The translations under genes were made by a program, and so were the position numbers. Positions 19,528 through 31,388 of a stretch of 64,000 bases of DNA are shown piece after piece. The notes below the pieces were generated by a model. The model saw nothing but the letters and a program-made list of their open reading frames with translations, did no database searches and had not been told where the DNA came from. The stretch's first letter is position 1; the number at the start of each line of letters is the position of its first letter. This stretch comes from Spirogloea muscicola (taxonomy: Eukaryota): positions 866,619-930,618 of the forward strand of contig WELB01000012.1 of NCBI GenBank assembly GCA_009602725.1, read 5' to 3'.

Positions 19528-19598
19528 GCGCCGCTGGTGTAGTGGTATCATAGTACCCTCCCACGGTACTGACCGGGGTTCGATTCCCCGGCGGCGCA
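19528..19598 (+). tRNA. trnG-CCC: tRNA-Gly (anticodon CCC)
   Basis: 71 nt cloverleaf: acceptor GCGCCGC/GCGGCGC+A, D arm TGGTGTAGTGGTA (A box), anticodon stem GTACC/GGTAC with loop CTCCCAC, T arm GGTTCGATTCC (B box). Confidence 0.97.
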
Positions 19599-19622
19599 AC
19601 ACCAGCTTCCGTACAACCCATG

Positions 19623-19633
19623 TTTTGTTTTTT
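19623..19633 (+). terminator. Pol III oligo-T terminator of tRNA-Gly
   Basis: TTTTGTTTTTT about 25 nt downstream of the tRNA 3' end. Confidence 0.7.
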
Positions 19634-19759
19634 CGCGTGCCCAATTCTGCGGCCGCCTCAGTGGATCATAAGTTTCCATTTGCAACTCTCATCGACGAGC
19701 TCGGTCTTGGAAGCCGCCAGTGAGTCGTTAATGCCTCTCAAGAATGCCTGCTCTTTCTT

Positions 19760-20420
19760 CCAAAAATTCTAGCAGCCCAGTACCAGTCCGCCCGCAATTT
19801 GCCAGATGCGGCAGCTAGAGCACGGCCTGTAACAGATGCAAGGCGTGGGCCATGAATTGCTGTAGGGAAAGGAGAGTTGCATGCAATACACCTTTGCTCC
19901 AGCAAGCGGAGTTGATATTAGTCTGCCCGCCGTGCCACCACTTGGACATCGCACAATGCGCCAAGCCAGTTCAAACAGATTACAGCCACTGAGACCAAAC
20001 GGCTCGTAGACGTCGCCAGCCAGTGGAGCTCACTCGATCCCATCCGCATGATCCGCGTACTTGGAGCCCATGCTACAGGCGGGGGTGGCTGGGCATGCCC
20101 AGTCTTCGAGGCTGAGACCCCGACTTTTAGCTGTCAATTACATCTGCAACGATGCGCTGGCCCCCTCCTGGCATGGTGGGCACCAGATCGACCGGCCGCG
20201 TATGGAGTCCGTCAGCCCTGCGCTGGATGGATGATGGACATCCTCGTGAAGGCCACTTGTTCCCTGCCTCTGGGAAGATGCCGATTATGGCGTCTCGAGT
20301 AGGTCGTGAGCCGTTGTCCGCTCGCCTCCATGCGCACCATGGACGATGTACCTCACATATTTTATCCGTCCTCAATAGCCACATTTGCACTGCAGAACCC
20401 CCGAAGACAGGGCTGAGGAA
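19760..20420 (-). mobile_element. Degenerate 3' part of an RLE-type (CRE/R2-like) non-LTR retrotransposon
   Basis: Frameshifted peptides RPVDLVPTMPGGGQRIVADVID, RDAIIGIFPEAG and GRALAAASG parallel the better-preserved copy at 50015-50542 (RRVDVVATPGSGGPRLFLDVVLID ... AGRALAQANG). Confidence 0.65.
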
Positions 20421-23030
20421 GGCCAAGAAGGGTCGACGGCCATTTGGGGGACTGCTTACTTGCGGCACTTGACTAGTGTTTCCTAAGCGACCATCCTTTG
20501 TGGTACTTGCATGGCTGCATAGAAGTGCTTTCTGGCCACTCCAGATTTTGTCCATTCATTTCTGGCTGGCTTTACAGACCTCGTCCCAGTTGAAGAGCTA
20601 CTGCCAAAGCTTGTAGGGTGTTGGTACATGTAGTGTAAATGAAACGACATTGTTGGCAGGTCAATGCGGAGGGAAAGACAGGCTTGACGGATGCATGGAG
20701 AGGCTAGCCCCAAAACAAGGTTGGCGAATGGAGTCGCAACCTCTTTCATGGCGAGCAACAATGATAATCAAAGAGGACGGTTCCAGACAGCGACTTTGTG
20801 GAGGCTGCCATCAGTGGCAGAACGTCAGTGGTAGACCTTAAGTGGAGACTATCAACAGAAGGTGTCGAGAACACATTACAGCCCAGGCAAAACTAACTTA
20901 TCAACTGAATTCTTTTCTAAGCTATGCCAGCCATTATGCTTGCAAACCAACGTATACCTGAAACGAAGGCACGAAGGCACGAAACCCGTAAGAAAGTAAA
21001 TCTTTAAGAACTAAAAGGATGGAGCCAGTGGCATAAGTCACACTCTCCTTGAGGTCCGAGGATGCTTGGAACATCTCCGTGTCGGCTGGACGTGGTCTCA
21101 TGAGAGCTGAGCTGAAGGGGCACTCGGAGCGTGGAGCCGGGGGCTACATGGGGAGAATCTGGGGAGCAGAGGGAGGATGCTGAGGGGCTAAGTTGTTTAG
21201 AATTCTTTTTCCCAGCCTCAAACATCTCTGGACCGTGGTCGAAATGAGTCGCCATTGTAAAGTACTACCTTACCCTTCCGGTACCCTCCAATCTCTTGTA
21301 AAGGCTGTGTGGACCTGCCCGGTAACACCTCAATGCGCAGCTGAAGCCTATCTTATGCTGCGGAAAACGGACTAAAGAGCTTTAAAGGCAGTCCATGAGT
21401 CATCCCACTTTCGCAAAGAAACCTTTTTACCTTTTTCCCGCCATGGTGCACTAACGAGGGCATGTCTCCTCTAAATGGATTCAAGGACGAGCGGATCAGC
21501 AAGCAAAGCTTGCAATGAAGCCAGCCATTTGAAGCAATGGACAGCTAGAGCTTTTGGCACATGATTTATAAAGGCCATATGTCATACTATTAAGGGGTCG
21601 TTGCGATAATACTTCGGTGGCTCACTTTTGTGGATCTGACTGGAAGAGGGGCCCTGATTTACTGGTGGGCCATGGTAATGGCGAGGAAAGCAAGAAACCA
21701 ACTCCGCTGATCAGGAACGATAACAGTGCGTGCAATGATCACATGGCGCAGTATAGCGAACATGGCACTTGGAGTAGATACTTTGCCTAATCGTCTCCTG
21801 GCAGTTCGTAATCTTGGAGACGATGCGCTTCCTTCGACGACTGTACAAGTGCCACGGTGAAGAGGCACGTGCGCCACGCGGCGGCACGCCCAGTGACGGA
21901 CCTATCCATCGGCATGCCATGCTGGGGCATGCTGCCAGCATGGGGCCTGGCGGAGCAGCCCGACATTGCCCGGCCCGGGCTCGCCCCTCCTTGGGGTGGG
22001 CCCGGCGGCGAGCCAGACGCACCATCAGACGAGCTAGGGCAGTGTACATGGGCAGCCGCTAAGGGCGGCCTTCAGTGCCCAGTCCTGCTTCACTACGCGC
22101 GCCTTTCCTTCACAACGCTAAATTGACGTCTGTTACAGTGGGCCCCCTTGGAGCGCCGTAACAGACAACAGTAGCGGTACAAGTGCCGCGCTGGCACACG
22201 ACGTACTGCGCAATAAGAGACTGACGACCTCATAGCTCGAGATATCTCAGCGAACTAGCGAAGTTGCTCGCTACTACAGACACATCCTTGTGATGTTACG
22301 ACACAGTCAGGTGCTCACAACTTGTGGGAACCTTGACTGTGGAACTGATCTAGTCCTCCAAGTGTATGAAAGCCTGCTCTTTGTCGACACATGTGCTTCT
22401 ACTAAGAGATTGTCTAAAGGTAGACTACATAGAATCTATGGTCCTTGCGAAGATGGAAGCTTGAGCTCGACGAGATGTGGGTGTCGAGGTTGGCACTCCG
22501 GCGGGCCCATCCGCCACCGGGTGGACAGCGCAGCTGCGGACTCCGGGCGTTCGGCAATGGCCATAGATGAGCCCGGAAGATACACGACTCCCTCCTAAAG
22601 CGGCCTGCCAATGCCCAATGCCACGCACTCTGTGAGGACCATCCAGCGTCTTGCTGCGAAAGTACTCACTGGGTGCCGACTAGCCGGCTTAAAGGCTTCT
22701 GGCAAAGAATCCAGGGTCTGAATGGCCTATTCGGGATGTCGACAACCGGATAACGGAGCACAGCAGTGGTGTCCGCTGCCCGGGCGGACGTGCGGTTGCC
22801 ACGCGCCGGGAGCCTGCAGGGCTCGAAATGTTTCGGCAGCCTGCCCGCAGGTCGGCAGCCAGGCACGGCGGCCGAATTGGGCGCGCGGTGCGCATGAGCC
22901 AGCACACTATCCAGGCAAGAAATAGTGCAAGAATGGCGAGGCCCCGAAACAAATCCGTTGTCCAATGTCGGGTCCGGGGGGGCGAGGCGGCAAACTGCCC
23001 GCGCCGGAAGTTGCCCGCCCCCCCCCCCCC

Positions 23031-23191
23031 NNNNNNNNNNNNNNNNNNNNNNNNNNNNNNNNNNNNNNNNNNNNNNNNNNNNNNNNNNNNNNNNNNNNNN
23101 NNNNNNNNNNNNNNNNNNNNNNNNNNNNNNNNNNNNNNNNNNNNNNNNNNNNNNNNNNNNNNNNNNNNNNNNNNNNNNNNNNNNNNNNNNN
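23031..23191. other. Assembly gap (161 N) next to a poly-C/GC-rich tract
   Basis: Run of N in the sequence. Confidence 0.99.
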
Positions 23192-25090
23192 CGCCGCCGC
23201 CGGCCTGCCGCCGCTGCCCGGCCCCCGCTCGCCGCGGGCCAGACACCTGGCCACCTTCCACCTGTACGAGACGTGCCACTCGCCTCAGCCACCGCCTCCG
23301 CGCGGCCTGCCCCCGCCGTCGCCGCCGCCGCCGCCGCGCCTCCGCCGAGCTCTCTCTTCCGGGCCCATGGGCAGCGGCCGATGCCGCTGAGCCACCTGCC
23401 ACGCCGCCCACTGCCGAAGGACATGGCGGCCACGTCCGCGAGGCACGGCCATGCAGCACGCCCGGCCGCGGTGACCGCGCTCGCACAACAATGGCTGTTC
23501 CCGGCGCATTCTCAGGCAAGCCGTGGCCCCTCCTCTTGCTTCCATATGAGTGTTGGCCTTACGCCAGCGCCTCCTCGCGGTGTGCACTCGCCGCTTGCCT
23601 CATGTCCTGCGAACTCTGATGCTGGCAGCCTCGCATGTCAGGTACTTGCACAGTGTGCACTTCGGCACCGGCCTCTCGGCAGCAGACTTTTGTGGGCAAC
23701 TAGAAGCTCAAGTGCGACCGGTCAAGCACAGACTCAGCGTTAGATGCGCGAGGTAAATGGTCGCAGTGCATTGCCTGCAGATGCGCACCACCCATGGGAG
23801 GTCTTCACCGGCCTCGTCAAGTGGCGCAAAAATCAGGACAGCTCTCGCAAGCTAGAAACGCAGTCAGCTTGATGCAGCAGTGGAAGCAAGACCACAAGGT
23901 GCTAATTTTGTGCTGCTCTGGCGTGTTTGCTTTGAGGCACAGAGCATTGACCTGGCATGTATGTGGTGCAGGCGGCTGGCCAGCAGCTGAAATGCTGGAA
24001 TTTGAGGGATCGTCGGCTTCTTTGGGACCTGCTCAGGTGTGCAGGGAGACCTTGTCCGCTTGACCCAACGATAAGACAAGTCCTGCAAGTCAGCAGTGGC
24101 GTTGCAGCAGCACACGCAAGACCGGCATTGTTGTTTCAGGCATTGCCGCAGCCGAGAAGCACGAGAAAGCTTGGGTGCAGTGGCCACGATGGATGCAGAC
24201 ACGCATCCTTCGTCTATTTATGCGGGCCACTGCACCCAAGCTTTCTCGTTGTTCGCGCCTACGGCAATGCCTGAAAGAGCATTGCCGGTCCTGCATGTGC
24301 TGGTGCAAAATTGCTGCTGACTCGCACGGCTTGTCTCATGATGATTGGGTCGTATTGACAATTTCACCCTGCACACCTGAGCAGGTTCACAAAGAAGCTG
24401 ACAATCCCCTTATCTTCCAGCATTTCAGCTGCTGGCCAGCCGCCTGCACCACAAACGTGCCAGGTCAGTGCTCTATGCCTCAGAGCAAGCACGCCGAGCA
24501 GCACAAGTGAGAGCACCTTGTGATCCTGCTTCCACTGCTGCACCAAGCTACTTACTTCTCTTAGCATGCCTGCGCTGTCCTGGTTATTGTGCCGCTTGAA
24601 GAGGCCATTAACGCCGTCCAATAGGTAGTGCACATTCTGCAGGCCATACACTGCGACCTTGTCACCTCGAGCATCCAAGGCTAATGCTGCGCTTGGCTTT
24701 TTGCAGTCGAGGCATTTGGTTGCCTTAAAAGGCCGCTGCCAAGAGGCTGGTGCCCACTTGCATACATTGGTCAACGGATATGCTCGTAAAGCTCAGCGCT
24801 TAGACAGAGAAGTCTTGGAATCACTCAAGCACTTCAAGACCGAGGGGATTGTTGACGAACGGCTATCGAGCCCGCTGTCAAGGCGCTGACCCGTTTTTAG
24901 AGTTGGCCTCCTCGTTGAACCCTTGTAGCCCATCGAAGTAGAGTATTTTGGGCTAGTGAGTCATAGCCCCCTTGAAAAAGCCACCACTAGCTGCGCTCCG
25001 GACTCTTGCCTAAAAAGATGATGGCCGGCCGCAAGGTGTTGGCAACTTCATGCTGTTGATGCAAGTAGCATGCCTCAAGAAGGTTAGGAA
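23192..25090. repeat. Block 1: foldback of unknown-gene modules (A>Y><Y<U), centred ~24,205
   Basis: Perfect 24 bp stem 24162-24185 / 24225-24248. Imperfect symmetry extends to about 23,650 / 24,760. The ORF track shows near-identical peptides on both strands (QQWKQDHKVL...LRHRALTWHVCGAGGWPAAEMLE). Confidence 0.85.
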
Positions 25091-25539
25091 AGCAACCGAG
25101 GTATGCAGCACATTGTGCGGTTGGTTGAAGTGTTCTTTACGCGGCATTGAGGTGGGAGGGACATTGTGGATGCGTCTCATTGCTGACCGTTCTGCTAATG
25201 GCACAGCCATACTTGCTTCATCATTGTTCTGCTAATGAGACAGCTGCTCTTGCTTCTTAGTCACGCATAGAACGCACCCCCCATTACTAAATGTCTCGTC
25301 TAATAGCATAGCAATAGAACGTGTTGTGGCAGGTTTATTGGCTGTCTCGAAGATGCCACTTCCGCAGATTGGTCATGGAGCATGATAATATATTGCCCTC
25401 GTTTTACCAGACATGGCGTCCATGCTCGCAGACCTTCACTTGGGCTGATGACATGTCTGCATCGATGTATGTGCCTGGCTGAAAACTTCTGAGCTCAAGG
25501 GCTTCGGGCGAAAGAGTGAAGCATGCGAACCCTTAGGTT

Positions 25540-28500
25540 TTTAGCACGCCGTAGTTGGCAGCAGCAGGCAGCAGCAGGGCTGCGCGCCCTGCTGTGGCAG
25601 CAGGCAGCAGAAGGGCTGTGCCTCCGTGAGGCGCTGCTGCTTGCAGCGACTTTGCTGGGGTGTTGGAAGTCTGACCTGGCACGCGTCTGGCGGGCCATTG
25701 GCTGAAGTGCTGACAAGAAAGCGTTAGCTCCCTCCACGGACCTGCTAAAGAGCGCAGGAACAACTTGTCAGCTCGATAGAAAGGTGACAGGTTGTGCGGC
25801 TGCAGCGGTGACTTTGCGCCAGCGCAGGCATGCAGGACCGCATTGCGTAATGGTCAGGCACGGGCGAGCGTGGGTGCAGTGCCCGCATTCAGAGTAGGCA
25901 ATGAGTAAAAGGTGCCTCCTAGAGTACCGCAAGTGACGGCGGACGCCTGGCGGCGCCGTAGCACAATGGAAGGGCGTATTCACCACACCCGAGCGAGCGA
26001 CCCAGCAACTTTGACGCCGGACTGCTTGCTGCATTGCCTGTGACATTGGGTACTGCTTGCCCAGCAAGCTCCTGGAGTAGTCCGAGCCACCGAGTCCCAC
26101 CTTCCCAGCGTCCAGGGGCCCTCGGCACAACGATGTGGGCTGAATTCAGGAGGAGAGGCTGTGAGTGGCAAGCCCTGGAGTAAAGAAGTCCAAGTCCGAA
26201 CTCGAACACTGGACCTCAAGACGAGAAGCGGGGGTCGTTGCTGAGCCGAAGAAGGCTGAGGAGCAGGGCATGCCAAGTAGCAACGGCGGTGAGCCGAGGT
26301 GGACAGCCTGCGTGGCGAGGGCCACTCGCGGGGGCCGCCGAGCCGGCTCGGCGGCCCCCGCGCGCACGGGCTGGCGGGGGGAGGAGAGCGCGGGACATTC
26401 GTTTGGCCCCAGAGGCTAAGATGCCGTGGGGCTTTGACCATGGCGGGCCGCTGACCGGGCGGTGAGTGGAGGTGCCTTGGCGGGCCCACGCGTGGGAGCC
26501 GCAGAGCCAGTGGCTTTCCCGCGCGCACGGGCTGGCGGGAAGAGGAAAAGCGCGGGAGATCCGTTCGCCCCGGGAGCCGAGGTGCCCGGGGTTTTGACCT
26601 TGGCGGAGCCGCGGAGCAGGGCTGGCGGGGGGGAGGAGAGCGCAAGAGAGTCGTGGGGCCAAGATGCCGTGGGGGTTTTGACCTTGGCGGGGCCGCGGGC
26701 CGGGCCGCTGGTCGGGCCGCGCGGAGGAGGGGCAGGAGCGTGCACTGAGTGACCGGGGCCCGGAGCGGGCGAGTACAAAGGCCAGGGGAGACCGCCCCCA
26801 GCCGCCACTCCAGCCCCCTCGCCGCCCCCGCGCCCCGCTCCCCGNGCCGCCGGCCTGCCGCCGCTGCCCAGCCCCTGCTCACCGCTGTCCGGCCTGGGCC
26901 TCCTGCTGCTCAAGGCGCGCCACATTTCCACAGCCGCCGCCGCCAACCGGCCTGCTCCCGCCCTCCTTGCCGCCGCGCCGCCGACGAGCTCTCCGCTACC
27001 GGCTCTGGTCGCCAGCGCCGCGGGCGTCGACGCCGTATCCACGCGCAAGCCGCCGGTGCCGCATTACATGGAGGCCACGTTCGCAAGCACGGCCATGGCA
27101 GCACGCTCGCCCGCGGCGGCCGCGCCCAGAGACCGGCCGCTTGCGCTCCGCCAGGGCCCCACCCTGGCAAGCCCAGGCGCCCTTCCCCTTGCTGTCATGT
27201 GCCTGTGCCTTGCAGCCGGGCCTCCGCGCTGCTTGCGGGCTTCTTGCTTTGCCGCCTCTGATGCTGGCAGCCCTTGCAGGAGCTTGCCCGCTGACGTGCC
27301 GCCACGCTCGCCGTGTCGCCGCCGTCGACATCGGGTCACCAGTTGTGCCTGACGGCCTGCGCCACTCCACTGTACAGGTGTCCAAAATCTTGGCCAGGGC
27401 GACCGCCACTCTCTGCCCGACCCGGCCCGAGGCCGACAAGCGCGTCGGCGCTCATCACGCTGGGGCCAAGATGGTGCAACAGCCCCCCATCGTCTCCCAT
27501 CCGCTTGAGAAGAAGCACCTTCCACCGCACGCCGCCAGCTGTCAGGCGACAGTTCAAGTACTCCCCAATCCACATCAGCTTTCTGCTGCCAAGCTCCCTT
27601 CAGATGGCCTCTCTTTACCAACCTCGTCTGGTCTAGAGACCTCTGAAAGTCTATCTTTGGTGGTCCGGTGCCCGAAGGCGTAGGCCACGGGTGTCCGGAG
27701 GCTCTTGATGCAAGGCAACAGGATGCATAGAGGTTCACAGGCTGTGTACTCTCTGACCTAAGGATACCTGCACAGGAGAAACGCGACGTAAACAATGGAG
27801 CAAAGAACCTCGTTCAAGTGCTCCACAAAGGGGAGTGCAATGTAGCTGGTCAAGGCCGTACCACGACCAGAATGCAGCTGCTGCCGCTGCCGATGCCGCA
27901 GAAGGCCGAGGTCAGCCTGATCCAGCAAGATGCCAGGATGCTTGATGCTTTGACTTCTCTTTGATTTGTTTGGTGAACATTTGTTGATGTGTTTCACAGT
28001 CCTGCCCGGGAGGCTCAGGCCCCTCCACATCTTCTGCGGCTCCCTGACTCACTTCGGACAATAACCAAGTGTGCTGGTGTCTTTGCCACAGCCGCGCATA
28101 AGGCCCGCGCCAAGTCCGTCTGGCCTGCGGTGCCCATGTCTCCTGTCGAGCGCTGCACGCGCCCGACGGAGAAGGCTCATGCACGACGAGGTAAACAAGC
28201 TCAGCGCTGGCGGAGCCTGCTGAACTGTCGTTATGCACTATTCTCCCGTCTCCCTCACATCAGCGACCGTGTCAGACGAGCTTTGCCACGGCTGGAGTGC
28301 TAGTAGGCCTGTCGGAGGGCGCCGACCAGGTCCTTGCATGCTGAGTCATCTGTCCTGCATTGGCCGCTTGCAGTCACTGCTGCACGAACCTGATCGATGC
28401 CTGCTGTTGCATAGGAATCCACAGCATTCACTGACTGCCGCAAAGCACTCTGACTGCGCAGGTTGCCCAGCTCCGCTGTTTGTCTGAGCTGGCAGCGAGG

Positions 28501-29165
28501 GTAACCCAGGTGGAGATGCGGAAGGCAGAAGCCCGGCAAGTTGCTGAGCTGGGGAGAACGCTTGTGCACAAGCCGCTGCCACTGCCGTCCTTCCGGCGCA
28601 TGTTTACACCACACCGGTGAGGCACTTGACTCAGCTCCACAGCCGGCACCCATGCTGGCCACTGCACCCAAGCTTTCTCGTGCTTCACTGCCATGGCAAT
28701 TTCTCCAAAGGACAGTGCCGGTCCTGCGTGCAAAATCACCTCTGACTTGCACGGCTTGTCTTATTGTTGGGTCGAGCTGACAAGGTCTCGCTGCACACTG
28801 CACAGGTCAAAGAAGAAGGTGACGAGTCCTCGGCTTCCAGCTTTCCAGCCGCTGGCCAGCCGCCAGCACCACGTACGTGCGAGGTCAGTGCTCTGTGCCT
28901 CAGAGCAAAGACGCCCAGCAGCACAAAGTAGCACCTTGAGATCTTGCTTTTACTGCTGCACCAAGCTGCTGACTGTACTTAATAAGCCTGAGCTGTCCTT
29001 GTTATTGTGCCGCTTGTCGAGGCCGGTAAAGACGTCCCATTTGTAGTGCATAATCTGATGCTGTATCCCGCGAACCTTCCACCTCATGTACCCAATGTGA
29101 AAGCTGTGCTTGGTTGTTGCAGGCGAGGCACTTGCTTGTCCAGTGATAGCTGGTTCTGAGAGGCT
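25540..29165. repeat. Block 2: left arm of a ~3.6 kb long-range inverted duplication (partner 37,730-41,430)
   Basis: For example, 25737-25790 is the reverse complement of ~40860-40918, 26216-26830 of 39830-40450, 27330-27550 of 38940-39170, and 29000-29120 of 37790-37920. Confidence 0.88.
26360..26705. repeat. Imperfect GC-rich tandem repeat (3 units, ~90-160 bp)
   Basis: Recurrent GGCTGGCGGGGG..GAGGAGAGCGC..AAGATGCCGTGGGG..TTTGACC.TGGCGG near 26369, 26531 and 26620. An inverted copy lies at ~39,975-40,290. Confidence 0.75.
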
Positions 29166-30299
29166 GTTCCCCAGTTGGCTCAGACTACTGCTGGAAGTCG
29201 GCTCCATCAACCTTCACGACATTTTACACTGATTCACTAGGTAGTCTTGCACTGGTTGCTCATCAGTTCTCTACTTGCGTATCAAGCATCTTGAGATTAC
29301 CTATCAATTTGTTAGAAAGCATGTACAGCGGGGTGGCAGGTCCCAACACCAAATTGCTTTGCTCCACCAATTGCTTAGTGCGCTGCTTTATCCCATCATG
29401 AGTCGTGTACCAATATGGGCACTTTATATGGTTACTAAGCCACACACCGTGTGACACGCCGAACACCACTTCATGCATGCGCGGTGCCTTGGTCTCTCAA
29501 GTCTGCTTTGCTAATTTTCCCACTTGCTTTGCTCTTGCTTACACTCGCTTGATTCTGGTCTATTCTTATCTGGCTACTGGTTCTTCTGTCATCTGAACAT
29601 CTACCAAACTAGTAATTTTGAATTCTGACATGGATTCTTCTTTGGCAAAGGTAATACTCGTTAATCTGAGACTACGAAGATCAAGAGGTATTGAGCCCCC
29701 AAGCACTTTACGACATCACTATCCTGCGGCGTTGATTACAGAAATGCATCAACTTTCCTGGAGATGGAAGATGGCCATGCATCTTCAAGATCGCATTCTG
29801 GCATTGTCGATGGCTCAAAACCAGAATCACTGACAAATCATCCTATGTACATTGTCTGGTCGAGGTAAAAGCAGAAGGTTTGTGTCAGCAACTTCTGTGA
29901 ATGTAGATGATAAGCAATCAAATCATACACGGGATCTTATCAAAGCTAGGCTTTGTGGGATGAAAGTCTTATCAAGATTCAGTCATTCCTTAGGATAAGA
30001 TGATGCGATCGAAAGTTATATAGATGTATGATCTGCAGCAAACCATCGGTTGCCTCGTGACCATTCTTGGGGCAGACCACGTGTTTCAACAGCATGAGGG
30101 AGTCAATACCTTGCGTCCGACCGTGATCTTTGCAGGCAAGAGCCCGGAGCTCAGCTAAGGGTGTAACGCTCCCTCCATTCAGGAGTGCCAACGGTGCCGG
30201 TAATCTTACAAGATCATATCGTATCTACCGTTTAGTAGTCCCAAGCGGTGCGGGTGGTTTGCAGCACCCCGTGTAGCCAAGTACCGTCCGAAGCCCCGG

Positions 30300-31388
30300 G
30301 CTTCGTACCGCGCGGCATCGTCCGCTGGTCTTACTGTCCGAGAGGCGCTGCTTCGCTCGCGCGCGGCATCGTCCGGGAGTTGTTTCCATCCGCCAGGCGC
30401 TGCTTGGCCTGCGCTTCGTCCTTAGCACTTCGGCTCCTTCAGACCTTGTCCATTCCTTTGGGCTGTCCTCTCCCCGCGAAGTACGCCAGCACATTCGCCG
30501 CGCACTATGCCCGGCGATGCAGCGATTGCCAGGGACTACCGGGACGAGGCGGCTTGGAAGCAGTTTCTCCTCTTCCCCCGGCTACTGCTCGGCCGTGCCC
30601 CCCACGACGGCCGCTGGCAGGGCCAGCAGCCCCTTCTGGAGCGCGTCCGATTCTTCGAGAGCGGCCATTGGGAGGAGCTTCTTGCACGCCATGACGCAGC
30701 GGTAGCGGCCTCGGCGGCGAACCGAGGTGATGCGCGGGCCGCACCAGACAGGGCCGCCAATGTTCGCCGGGCTCTGCATTTCGGTCACGCGGGCGAGTTG
30801 TCAAGGGGGGTCCAGGCCCTGAACGACGCGGTGCTGGCGCCCACCAACGCTGCCACAAGGGCGGCCCTGGAGTCCCTGCACCCTGCGGCTCGCCACCCCC
30901 TGCCCCCGTGGCTGGCCACCTTCGCACCGCCGGAGGAGGTGGTCCTCGAAGCCGACGCCCTGCGGAGGGCCCTGCAGAGCAGCCGCCGCGCGGCCGCGGG
31001 AGGTCTTTCCCACATGCTCACCGAGCATCTCCGGGAGATCTTCCTGGAGGGCGACCCGGCCGACTTCCAGGCGCTCCACCAGGTGTGCCAGCTCCTCGCT
31101 TGCGACCAGGTCCCGGCCAGCATCCGCGGCATCCTGTGCACCAGTACACTGCTGGCGCTCAGCAAGGCCGGTGGGGGGGTCAGGCCCATCGCCATCAGTG
31201 AGGTGCTCTACCGCCTGGTGGGGCGCGCGCTTTGGCAACAGCACGCAGGGCAGGCCCAGGCACACCTGGCGCCCCAACAGTTTGGTGCGGGGCTGCGGAG
31301 CGGCGGTGGGACGGTCGTGCACGGCGTACGGGCCGCCCTGGACCTGCATCCCGAATGGGTGGCCATGGCGGTCGAGAATCTCGGCTAG
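30300..31388 (+). mobile_element. CRE/Zepp-like non-LTR retrotransposon fragment (N-terminal RT region, truncated)
   Basis: Intronless 293 aa ORF 30507-31388: WKQFLLFPRLLL, GELSRGVQAL, LESLHP, AAGGLSHMLTEHL, LLALSKAGGGVRPIAISEVLYRLVGRAL, PQQFGAG..GG..VVHGVRAAL..HPEWV. These are typical of RT subdomains 0-2 of RLE-bearing LINEs. The ORF stops before the DxxNAFN and YxDD motifs. Confidence 0.85.

Noticed and set aside
19375..19635. Possible tRNA-Gly/snoRNA dicistron as known in plants
   Set aside because: The oligo-T terminator follows the tRNA after ~25 nt, leaving no room for a snoRNA. The upstream ATGA/CTGA words lack convincing C/D boxes and terminal stems.
29200..30200. AT-richer segments (also 20.9-22.6 and 32.2-33.5 kb) suspected to be LTR-retrotransposon gag/integrase debris
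   Set aside because: Only vague peptide resemblance. I could not identify a diagnostic motif, LTR, PBS or PPT by eye; BLASTX would be needed.
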